Below are positions 38,301 to 48,996 of a DNA stretch of 64,000 bases, in pieces (the stretch's first letter is position 1; the number at the start of each line of letters is the position of its first letter). Location of the stretch: positions 2,211,935 to 2,275,934 of the forward strand of contig NMRA01000004.1 in assembly GCA_002633005.1 (NCBI GenBank), read 5' to 3'. The notes beneath the pieces were generated by a model, which was not told the DNA's origin, ran no database searches, and saw only the letters and a list, made by a program, of their open reading frames with translations. Source of the stretch: Phoronis australis. Lineage: Eukaryota; Animalia; Phoronida. The position numbers were made by a program, and so were the translations under genes.

Positions 38301-41300
38301 ATCAGAGTAGAAAACAGAAGCGAAGGTGAAGGCCGTGATATGTGGACAAACCAACGGTACCTGCGAGTCCTTGTTTCTAGTAGTTGACTTAGTTCTATAA
38401 TCAAGCCACTATCGGATGTCCAAAAACTTTCATGAATGCAACCTATGGGAGATTTTTTAAGGTCTAAATTGAAAAGGTGGCAGAACTCTTCAAATGCACC
38501 ATGTACATCACAAATATCCTGCCATATAACAAGAGATTTTTTTAATTTGTTTTAAAAGAAATATTTACCTTGTTTGGCAAATACATTATGGTAAATCTTC
38601 TCCAGTTTAGGAAAGTGTCTGCATTTTCTATGGACAATTTCTAAGATGAAATCCTCGAAAATACCTGCCAATGCAATATTTGTTGTTCTCGTAATTCTTG
38701 AACTTGGGACGACCAATATTGAACGATTTCTCAAAATTGGTACAACCTCTTTTTGAAATGAAATTTAGAGTTAGCCCTTTGCTTAAAGCCAGATACAACC
38801 AGATAGAAACTGTATCTGACTGAAACAAAATGCAACTTATTTGAAGGGACAAGGTCAGCAACTAATCGCATGCCCCAACTTTGTTATAAACAAAGATTGA
38901 TTGATGCAAATCGCATATTAATGATTATAAATAAAAATCTTATGCAGGTTTTTACTGGGTTTAAAGCCGAAATCAACAAAGTGAGATTATGAATGCAATA
39001 CAGTATTACTTAACAAGAGTGACAGAATGAGAACATGAGGCAAAAGTGGGAACATGACATATCACAGATTTTTTTACATAGCTTATTTGTAGTCACCTAG
39101 GTGGAATGAATTATGACTGGCACATCTTTAGTTTTGAAATATTATCAGTTTCTGCAAAATTGTACCTCTTACATTTTGGGGATAACATCTGATGGGTGAT
39201 GAAAGCAATTTTAGCAAATTTTAGACAATTACTGCAAAATACCAGTAACAAGAAAACAACTTAACGCTTCTAGCATGCATCTTTCTATCCTGGGCTAGTC
39301 AGGATATGCAAAAACATTAATGGAATTTTCATAACAAGTCCTTCAATTCAAACAGGTTTCAACCGTGGTTCTTGAGGGGTTATAGCGCTGAGAATATAGG
39401 CTACATTCAAGGGCAGAGAGTACAGAGAGTACTACAACGTATTCCACAGAATGAGGGTTCATCGATGTATCAGTTGATGGAAACATTATTGTGGGTCTCT
39501 GCAGCCCGTGGCCACCAACTAAACAAAACCACTGCCACCTAATGTCTGCTGGACGGCAGGCGATGCACTAGCCACGATTTTCAAAGCAAAGTTTACTAAA
39601 ATTGCTTACTAGTCACTAAACAAATTTGAAATACTTAGGTAGATCACTTGAAAGATAACCTTGGACTGGATGCAAAACTAAAATTGTAAGCGTTAATTCC
39701 ACATTCGGTAGCTTTTCTTATCAAAACACAGTGCCACCTGCTGTTGGATTTCAAGACCATGTGAGCTCGACATCGCACAGTTGGCTCCACTTCAGATTAC
39801 TACATATAAAACAAGTCAAACCAATTTAAAAGACAATCTGTAACATACGTTCCCAATGCTTTGTGTTTAGCAATATTGGATGAAGTGAACAAATGTTCTG
39901 TCCACGATTAAATTTGTTTTCTCGAATGAATAGAACAAAAGTCATGATGTCTCAAGAAATGAACTGCTTTCCCATGGTTATCTTCTGCCTACTGGGTAGG
40001 GGCTGCACATTCAAAATCTAGACTGATGCACAACCAGGGTGACCGAGAAATGTGGATACATGATAAATACCAGATGACGAAATCTCTAGTTTTTATGGCG
40101 CCCACCAGGACTGAGCAGTCGGCAACTCAATGAAGAATTGCTAGAAAAAAGCTTTCCAGTTGGAAGGAATTAAAGACATCAGTGGCCTCCTAAGGTTCCC
40201 TGTTTGGGCAAAAGGTACAGGCAATATGATTGATGTTTTCACCAGTGTGACGCACATAATTCGCTGAAAAGCTTCCGCCATATGAAGCTCCTATATGAGC
40301 TTCACCGTCTCTACTCTGGCCAGCTAGAGATGGTGGTCACTGTCTAGTGACAAAGTTGATATGAAATGCTTGTTTTTTGTTTTTTTTGGAGTTAACTTAA
40401 CCCAAGAAATATTAATGTGACACCAAGTTTTAGTCACACTTTTTGATTTTGATTTGGAAAATGTATTGGTCAATATGAGCAGAGTAAACTTACTAGGAGC
40501 CAGAAATCAGCCATTTCCATAGTATCAGCATGCTTGTCACCATTCTTAATCGCCAGCTGAATTAACTGTAATAAATAACACTTTCTTAAGCAAAATCTGG
40601 ACTGGCATCTGTATAACAGACAAGAGGTGGAGAAATTTTCCATTAAAATAAGCAATCCCACTTAAGAAGACAGGATTCAAACCGGTACGCAGAGCCTCAG
40701 GCTAGACAGTGACCACCATTTCTAGTTGAACTGCATACGGTGAAACTCATACAGGCGCTTCACATACCACAAGCGTTTCGGTGAATGATGCCTATCACTG
40801 ATTAAGAAATCAAACTCAGGTTATTAAAAGTACCTTTTTCCCAAAGAAGGACATCTAAGGAGGCCGTCAATTGTCTGTAATTCCTTCCAACTCGAACAAA
40901 TACTCCTGTTATCAAACTTTTTCTTTGTGCAGTCCTTCGATCAGTCCCCAAAATAGAAAACTGGCAATCTTTAACACTGCGCACGGCAGATGATTTGACG
41001 CCATATCCCCTGGTGTGCGCTGTGTAAAAATGGCCATTTTCCGGTTGTGGGAAATGAACGAAGGACTACTCAAAGAAAAAGTTTGATAACGGGAGCATTT
41101 GGTCGAGTTGGAAGGAATTACAGACACCGATGGCCTCCTAAGCCTAAGGCTAAGGTGTCCCTCTATGCGCAAAAGCTATTTATAACATGACTTAGATGTT
41201 TTAATCAATGTGAGCCATAATAAACCAAAAAGCTTCCAGCATACTAAGCTGGCTACAGGAGTTTCACCCTTTAAACAGGCCAGCTAGAGACGGTGGTCAC

Positions 41301-43497
41301 TGTCAAGGCCTCTGGCATGCCATTCCAAGTACTAGCCATCAACGTGTTTGACTGGTTGACAGTGGTTGTCCTTTTGTACAACATTACTTCATTGTCAGTT
41401 GTCTTCAAAAGTGTTCAATTCAATTTGACTACGTACAAAATGTATGAATTCCAAAATGACCTGGTCCAAAAATTAAAAATGTCTAGTAATCAACTTGTTG
41501 TTCACACAAGGATATTTTTCTAAGACCATTTTTCGGCAATTGTTTACAATATGACGACATTAATTGACTTACACATGATTTTGGTATCGTTCGATTCCTT
41601 GCGACTTTTTCTTTTCAGAAATAAACTGAAATTTCTCCTGCCCCCGTTCCCTAAGTATTTTATCGTGAAATTTCTGCTCGCACTATTTCCCAGTATTTGG
41701 TAGTAATGCCGCCATATTGAACGGCGGTCAAAAACTGAACTACTCTACTGACTTCTGCAGATTGTCACTTTCCATAAAGTCAAATTAACGGAGACCCGTC
41801 TGTCCCCTGCCCGGGTTACGGTCCCAAGGGTTCAGATTCGATCTTATGGTGACTCTGGTACACATCTGCTAGCAAGAATCCACGAAAAACGTGGAGGTTG
41901 TTTTTGAGGTCCAAATTGGTGAAAAATGTATCACTTCAGACAATTTCGTGAAAAAATGGTCTTACTAATGGTCATAATTCTAAAAAATTGAAAAAGGTGA
42001 AATGCTGCAAATTGTTCCTCCATATTACGTCACTAATGTCAGGAAAACTTCAGCGGGAATCTTGTGCGGGCAAACACCATTCAGAATCGATGATGTTGTT
42101 TAATTCATTAACAACGGGTGTCGCTGTAATCTTAGAGTTGAGTTAGGCAATGACCATCGCCTCTGTTGGCCCGAAGCAGAGGCGATGCAGAGGCTATAGG
42201 CGCTCTGTACGCCGGAAGCTTTTCGGCGAATTATGCCTCGCACCGACTAAAGCATCAAAGTCACGTTGTAGTAAATACCTTTTGCGCATAGAGGAACACC
42301 TTAGGAGGTTGTCGATGTGTTTAATTCCTTCCAACTCGAACAAATACTCCAGTTATGAAACTTTTTCTTCGAGCAGTCCCTATTTCAGTTCCCAAAATCG
42401 TGAAATCAACTTTTTCATTTTTTTAACCAGGCCGAAGGTCAGAAGTTGCGGACCTACTGGCGAACTTTGAAAGCTGAAGATCCCGCCCTTCGCGTACGTG
42501 CTGCCGGGAACCAGCCGTGCATTTGCCGTGTTGTTAAACATTAAAATGTCAAATATGTGCACAAAGACTAATATATCATATCAACAGCATTTATTTTTAT
42601 CAAATACAAACAATGATTCATTGAAATACAATCAGTTTCAAGTAACGCCAATTAAAGACAAGTATAAGTGGTGGCATTTTGGAAACGAACATTTGTCTGA
42701 CAAGACCGCAATGGCTCACCTTTGGCCTATTTAAAGATTGAGGTCATGAATTCACATCACCTAGCGTGCGCAGTATAAAAATGGCGAGTTCACGATTTTG
42801 GGAACTGAAATAGGGACTGCTCGAAGAAAAAGTTTGATAATGGGAGTATTTGTTCGAGTTGGAAGGAATTAAACACATCGACAACCTCCTCAGGTGTTCC
42901 TCTATGCGCAAAAGGTATTTATAACAACGTGACTTTGATGGTTTAGACGGTGCGAGGCATAATTCGCCGAAAAGCTTCCGGCGTACAGAGCGCCTATAGC
43001 CTCTGCATCGCCTCTGCTTCGGGCCAACAGAGGCGATGGTCATTGCCTAGAGTTGAGTTAACATGGCGATGTCAACCGGGAAATAGTGCGAACCGAAATT
43101 CGACAATAAAATACGGAGGAAACGCGGTAGGGGATAGATTCATTTATTTTTGGAAAGATAACGTTGCAAGGAATTGAACGATACCAGGCAAAGTCATGTG
43201 TGTAGGTCAATGTCGTCATATTCTAAACAATTACCCATTTTTCTAACACATGGTGTTCACTTTCAGAATAAGACGGTCTAGAGTATGCGCAATACAAATC
43301 GCAAACATTTAATTTACCCTCTCGGTGTAGCCCCTCGCTTCAGTCAGTCTCATCTGCGACCCTTCCAATCTTTCGTGGCGGATTAATGCCGTGACAATTT
43401 GTCTCAGTTTTTCTATTCGACCTTCGGGACCACTTCCAAACTCGAGTACCCCCGGCATGTTTAGATGCCGTTGTCGTATTCGGAATCGCATACGCAT
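35170..43497 (-). CDS. MRPL17: 39S mitochondrial ribosomal protein L17 (bL17m), whole gene, 190 aa
   Basis: Exons 43318-43497, 40494-40565, 37532-37667, 35170-35354, GT-AG and in phase. Motifs [59 protein letters not shown] and NYLTNILL are typical of metazoan MRPL17. Confidence 0.96.
35478..35775. mobile_element. MITE in MRPL17 intron 3
   Basis: ~33-bp TIRs caggcacctttaatcagccct.. / ..agggctgattaaaggtgcctg. Confidence 0.7.
37532..37667 (-). CDS. MRPL17: MRPL17 exon 3
   Basis: ttcag|[45 protein letters not shown]|gtaagt. Confidence 0.95.
40019..40347. mobile_element. Degenerate partial copy of the foldback element family (MRPL17 intron 2)
   Basis: gttggaaggaattaaagacatc...cagctagagatggtggtcactgtcta is homologous to the arms of 40703-41306 and 42144-43049. 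Confidence 0.7.
40494..40565 (-). CDS. MRPL17: MRPL17 exon 2
   Basis: tacag|[24 protein letters not shown]|gtaagt. Confidence 0.95.
40703..41306. mobile_element. Palindromic foldback element (~300-bp arms), MRPL17 intron 1
   Basis: TAGACAGTGACCACC ... GGTGGTCACTGTCAA; flanks agcctcaggc / ggcctctggc (degenerate 10-bp TSD). Confidence 0.75.
41521..43281. mobile_element. Outer long-TIR element hosting the 42144-43049 insertion
   Basis: 41540-41720 is the inverted homolog of ~43060-43235 (aattgttta.aatatgacgacatt..ggtatcgttc.attccttgc; ctatttccc.g..gccat.tt). Confidence 0.55.
42144..43049. mobile_element. Young long-TIR non-autonomous DNA transposon (AcademH- or Mutator-like)
   Basis: ~260-bp near-identical TIRs TAGGCAATGACCATCG ... 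CGATGGTCATTGCCTA; exact 9-bp TSD GAGTTGAGT (42135-42143 and 43050-43058). Confidence 0.85.
43318..43497 (-). CDS. MRPL17: MRPL17 exon 1
   Basis: [60 protein letters not shown]|gtaaat. Confidence 0.93.
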
Positions 43498-43763
43498 GAT
43501 TTCAAACCAGGAAGAATCAACACAGAATAAAAAGTATCAAAAAATCAATCATGTTTCTAAACTTCTTCATGTGGCAGGTCAATAACAAAGAGTTGAAAGA
43601 GCGCTTGATACTTTATAGTTATCCCAATAATTTAAAAAGAGTATTAATAAGTACGTTTTTAGGAAGAAAAGGTAATACCCAAGACCATACATTTGTTGTT
43701 TTTGTTTTCAAGAGAATATAGCACAAAAATATATTTATTATTTTGACCTTAAGTCTTACCTGT

Positions 43764-43804
43764 TTCTCAACAGAGAGCGCTTTGAAAGCGCTCTCTGTTG
43801 AGAA
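43764..43804. repeat. Perfect palindrome, 20-bp arms and 1-nt loop, upstream of MRPL17
   Basis: ttctcaacagagagcgcttt-g-aaagcgctctctgttgagaa. Confidence 0.9.
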
Positions 43805-43843
43805 CGAGATGTAAACAGTGAGAGCACACTCAAGACAGTGCTG

Positions 43844-44040
43844 TAGCCAGCCAGATAGCTCATGTATATATAGTGTTAGTCGTCAAAATACAGCTAAGAA
43901 GATCGGTACCACTATGTTTTGAGCTCCGTTAGACCCCAAAATTTTACACAGCCCGGGTAGTTCTGCTCGTCACCTCGTCACAAGCTATATCAACATCACG
44001 AGCGACCGGCGGGTGAAGTACAGGAGCTCGGGGCAACTAG
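43844..44040 (+). repeat. Dispersed repeat (TAGCCAGCCAG-terminal transposon end), copy 2, upstream of MRPL17
   Basis: Homologous to 13910-14100. Confidence 0.65.
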
Positions 44041-44840
44041 TCGACAGCTTGCCCGCGTTGTCCACGCAAATGGGTCATTTTACGCACGTAATTAAACGTG
44101 TGTAATTGTTGTTAGTGGCGTAAATTAATTATCAACGGCGTAAATTTATTAGTTGCTGTGAAAATTAACTTTTAGCCTCGTTTTTCGTCGGGCGTGTACT
44201 TTTCACTGGGAGGTAATTATTTGCCGGTAATTCAAGTTATACGCACCGTACGTGCGTAAATTACGAAACAGTTTTGAATTTTCCACTGAAACAATGCTGA
44301 ACTCTTATCTTACGTTCATTATTAACTAGCTGTAGTTGTCACATCACCGGTTTGTATGGTACACTTGTTGGCAGGTGCAATCTCAGTCGTGTCCTTTTTT
44401 AATTGGCTTCTCAGCCGACGGTGAACCAAAGGCGAAAACGGATATGTGTGTGATAATCGTGTTAGAACGTGGTGAACTTAGTAACTGTAGCTACAACAGG
44501 CGTTTAATGACTTGAAAGTACTCTGACATGGTGGAAATTACTGGAAATTGGAATCACGAACGGCAATCAAAGCAGTTACCAGCTCGATCGCGGGTCTAAG
44601 AGCTGAAGTGAGTGAAGAACCACCGCCTGGAGTGCTTTTCATACCAAAAGAATGGGAGGAAAATTCTTGCTCAGTGTGTTATTACAAACCACATCAAGTT
44701 CCCTTCACACGCTTCAGTACTAAATCGCAAGCGGTCTTATTTCTTATAGTTTCCTCTTTCTACCATATATCATCGATAGACTCCTGCCATTCATAGTGTC
44801 TATGATATGCCATGATTAGTCTAACAATAACGAGTCACAT

Positions 44841-44910
44841 CTACGTCATCTACTGTCAGTTTTTGACCTAATGACGTCATCAAGAGAAGACGTCAACCAG
44901 TAAGCGTCAG
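44841..44910. promoter_or_regulatory. Cluster of CRE/ATF-like sites between MRPL17 and the scramblase
   Basis: Full TGACGTCA at 44872-44879 plus three ACGTCA/GCGTCA half sites within 70 bp; function not shown. Confidence 0.3.
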
Positions 44911-46010
44911 TGAACGCTTTACTTCACATCAGCACACCGCTAGAAAAAATGCGGTGTGAGAAAAGTAACTTAAAGTCGAATCTTGGCCCGGAGTGGATAA
45001 GTTCTTTTGAAGAGATTGCAGGATTTGAGGGCTACGTGGTCCAAAGTTAGCTGACACTGAAAGAATACTGGCATACGACAAAAAATCACTTTACCCGCGG
45101 AGAAAACCTTTCTGCCGCGGAGAAAACTTGCTATCGCAGAAAATAAATTCTTCAGTGAGAAAGTCATTCCGCCGGGAAGAAATCTTATCGCCGAAAGGTT
45201 TTCTCCGAGGATATTGAAGTTTTCTCCGCGTCGGAAAGGGTTTTTTCCGCTTAGAAATACACAAAACGTGCAGAGAGAGGCGTAGATGAGGTAATATCCC
45301 ACGTACGACGAGACCGGAGGTCGAGGTGAATGCGCGGAATAATGTAAATTGGGATATTACTTCATCTTTGCCAATCGAATCACGTTTTGTATTTATCCCA
45401 TACCGGCGCTTTATGTTTTGACAGACTTTTTAAATACTTCACTCAGATTGTTCAAGTGGCGGATCAAATGCTAAATGTACATGTACACCTGGAAGGTGCA
45501 GCACTGAAATAATTGGAGACTACAGTCCTCCCCAGCCCCCTATGGTGCCCCGCAATTATGCGTTATTGAGTTGCAAGTTTTCTCCAGTAAAAGAAATATT
45601 TCTAAATGTAACGATTTATTACCTTGAAGCAGATATAACAAAAACGAAAAACTGTAATTGAGAATTGAACTTGTAACTTTTCCTGAAAACAATTAAATAA
45701 CAACAAAACCGAGGAATTTGGCACCTTCGTTGCAGACGATATAATTAGCAAATAACACTGAGACAGAAGTGTCGTATAATTAACAATTTTATACCAAATG
45801 TTATGTTTGGTACCTGATTTCATGCTAGATGTTATTTATACTGATGCATTTGTACTAATTTAAACTATTGTACAATATACTGTGTTTTGGAAAGTTTGAT
45901 GATCGAACTGGCTTGCGACGTCGGGTCGATATTGACCTACCTTTTGAGCTTTGGCGATGTCAGAGAGCAGTTTTGTAGTCTCCGGAATGCAACCGGGTAA
46001 ACAACACCAG

Positions 46011-46410
46011 GGCCCGGTCTCCAATCTTTTTACTTGAAATGAACTCGAAATTAGGTTTGGCATTTTTTACTCTACTTTTGGGCGAACTCAAGATAAGTGT
46101 CTATTATTCTATGCTCGAGTATACAATAACTTACGTAGATAATTTATTGCCCTTAGTTCACAGTTTGTAAACCCAATATTAAAGCAATAAGTTCGAGTTT
46201 GAACTCGAAATTTCGAGTTTTTACTCGAGTTTGTAGCACGAATATGAGGGTCTTAAGGGCAAACTTGAACTAGAAGCTCCAATGCATAAACTATAATGTA
46301 TTCGAGCACAGTCTGATAACCAATTATCTTAAGTTCGCACAAAAGGAGCAGAGAAATTGCCAAAAATTAGTTTCGAGTTCGTTTCGAGTACAAAGATTAG
46401 AGACCGGGCC
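46011..46410. mobile_element. Harbinger-type MITE (400 bp)
   Basis: CAG|GGCCCGGTCTCCAATC ... GATTAGAGACCGGGCC|CAG; 3-bp TSD; related copies at 55937-56332 and partially at ~57820-58075. Confidence 0.82.
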
Positions 46411-46784
46411 CAGGTGGTCCTAGTACACTCAACTTATTTAACGCGTATGGCATAAATTTTTTTTTCCACTTAGAAAAGTGTTTTACGAAGCGGAAAAGAG
46501 TTACGATTATTTCCTAATATTTTTTCAATGTCAGCTTTAGGCCACAGTAGCGAACAGTTATGTTCACGACGTATTATTTCTGCAGATAATTGTGGTTATA
46601 TGATTGCAAATTCGACGTATCTAATTTGAGGGCGTACGACTTCAAATGTAAATCTACAGTTTCACTGTGCGGACTTCCAACTCAGTTTACTCTGTTGGTT
46701 TACCGACTATGTACATGTATGCTCAGAAACCTTGGAGAACGATGTACCCTCTTTAAAGTCACTTAAGATCCGTCAGTTTAGGAT

Positions 46785-47457
46785 CAATGTGCCTAAACTA
46801 CACGGTGTCGGACCCAAAAACACGACTCACGTATCTGCAACTCACATACATGGGATCGAACTCTCAAAACACGATTCACGGTCACGGACTCAATTTCACG
46901 TAGAAACACGCCACATGCGGTTCACCTGATAAAGCATGTCAAATACATGTAGGCCTACACGGTCACAGACATATCGGTTTCGTGGGTAGAGCGAACTACT
47001 TATTACTACGCAAAAGGGAGTTGAAACGGAGTTTGGACGGTCTATGTCATTTTGAGAAGAAGTGTTACCAAAACAGTTTGGAAGCCACTAAAATGCAGAA
47101 CAAGTACTAAGCAGTTAAATAATGTTTAGGGCCTATTGTTTCTAATCAACAACATTTACGTCACATTAAAGACAAACATACGATCGAAATTAAATTTAAT
47201 GTTGCACCCATTACACAGCTGTCGCAGTCGATTTTTACAAATTAACCGTAAACAGTGTCAGTTTGGCGATTCGTGTACTGTGTTTCTACGTGAATGTGAG
47301 TCCGTGACCGTGTGTTTCTTTGGGTGAATGAATCACGTTTTGTGAGTCCGATCCCGTGTATATGAGTCTGTGAACGGTGCTTACAGGTACGCGAGTCTTG
47401 TTTTTGCGTCCGACACCTTGGTTAGCAGCCCGTTAACCGTGTAGTTTAGGTATCTTG
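46785..47457. mobile_element. MITE with long imperfect TIRs
   Basis: caatgtgcctaaactacacggtgtcggac.caaaaac ... gtttttgcgtccgacacc..ccgtgtagtttaggtatcttg. Confidence 0.65.
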
Positions 47458-48150
47458 ATGATGAATCCTGCGACCTATGAATCAATGTATGCTTTGTTTT
47501 TATACAGCACAAGCTTTTCCTGATGGCCACGAGACTTTCTGCAATTTTCTGGTTGGTCACTTTTGTACAGAACTAGTTTCAAAGAAAATGAATGCCCAAA
47601 CTGGCAAACTAGTTAATTGACAACCCGTCAGGTTTTCCTGCATGTGAAGACCGGGCTTAGTTCCAAACAAGTTAGGGTAACCACTTTGTAACTTCAGTAG
47701 CCTACGTGATAAACTTGGGCCAAATGTCCTGACTACTCAAAAACTGACTTACATGTAAGTGCATTTTTTATTTATGTCTAAGATTTGTCTGAAATTCCAA
47801 ATTTGAAACTCCCACATCTGTTGAGATAGTCAAAATTAGGACAAAACTTAAGTAAAAAACTTAGGTCGAAATTAAAATATTTTTTCGAAATGGTCTTGAG
47901 ACAAACTTAAGTTTTATCTTAAAAATAGACTGAAAGTTGAGATCTTCCTTAGCTAAGTCAATTTTCTTTTAACGGGGACCAGCTTTCTTAATTTCTATGG
48001 CATCATTGCGTCATAAATCTATGACTTATTGAGGCTGTTCCACTTTTCGTGATCTTACATTCGCGTAATATTCTACTTTGCTTAATTTTGCTATATTGTA
48101 TCCCCTGACTCAAGAATTAGGATTCGGTATGATTTGAATCACTCGTATCA

Positions 48151-48996
48151 ATGGACGAAGATGCATGTCCAACAGAGGACACAGCTCCCGCGGCGTCCGT
48201 CCTTAACCAGCCAATAGCTGACGCTGGTGTGGTCAATCTGGAATTGCATGTAGAGAATCGCATAGACGATGCTGTCCTGTCCACAGAATGGATGAACAAA
48301 CCAGATACGTTTGAGGGATGTCCGCCTGGACTTGAGTATTTGAAGTTCCTCGACAAGCTATTCATCAAAACTGGTGTCGACATAATCGAACCCTTCAAAG
48401 ATAAGGAAATACACAAGCGCTATGCTATTAAAAACAGCAACGACCAACAAGTTTTCTTTGCGGCTGAACAGACCGACAGACGAAAGATATTTTACTTTGG
48501 AAATGCTCGAAGTTTCGAAGTTCACATGGTGGACAGAAGTTATCAAGAAGTCTTAGTGATTCGTCGAGAATTTAAATGCTGGGCAGGATGTTGTTGGTGC
48601 GCAAGTGTTAATTGTTGCGCGCACGCTGTGAGTGTCGAAGCGCCTCCTGGTGTAGTACTTGGACACGTGCAAGAAGTGCAAAGCGGCTGGGCGCCGAAAT
48701 TCCAGGTCCAGGACCCCAATGGAACGTATTTATTAACGATACAAGGTCCAAATTGCAATTTCCAGACTGAATGTACAGTAGGGGACGTTTCCTTTGTGCT
48801 TTTCGTCGAGGAACAACGGGGCAAAACTGGGTTAGGACAAATAAAAAAGCGATGGACCGGAACTGTCAGTGGAGTGCCACTGTGTCAAAACAGATTCGAG
48901 GTTACATTTCCCATAGAAATTGACGTTAAACATAAGGCCCTTGTACTTGCAGCCACTATGCTGATTAATGTTTTATACTTTGATATTGTAAAATGA
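48151..48996 (+). CDS. Phospholipid scramblase family protein (PLSCR-like), intronless CDS, 281 aa
   Basis: Single 281-aa ORF with scramblase signatures GCPPGLEYL, YAIKNSNDQQVFFAAE, Cys-rich CWAGCCWC..CC, VEAPPGVVLGHV, IQGP, GQIKKRW and FEVTFPIEIDVKHKALVLAATMLI. Confidence 0.93.
   Translation: MDEDACPTEDTAPAASVLNQPIADAGVVNLELHVENRIDDAVLSTEWMNKPDTFEGCPPGLEYLKFLDKLFIKTGVDIIEPFKDKEIHKRYAIKNSNDQQVFFAAEQTDRRKIFYFGNARSFEVHMVDRSYQEVLVIRREFKCWAGCCWCASVNCCAHAVSVEAPPGVVLGHVQEVQSGWAPKFQVQDPNGTYLLTIQGPNCNFQTECTVGDVSFVLFVEEQRGKTGLGQIKKRWTGTVSGVPLCQNRFEVTFPIEIDVKHKALVLAATMLINVLYFDIVK

Noticed and set aside
42150-43043. Pair of near-identical convergent ORFs (MTIASVGPKQRR...)
   Set aside because: These are the two TIRs of one transposon; the diverged copies do not preserve the frame.
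44970-45302. 110-aa minus-strand ORF
   Set aside because: Built from degenerate gagaaaa/ccgcgg subrepeats; it looks like repeat or promoter DNA and has no domain.
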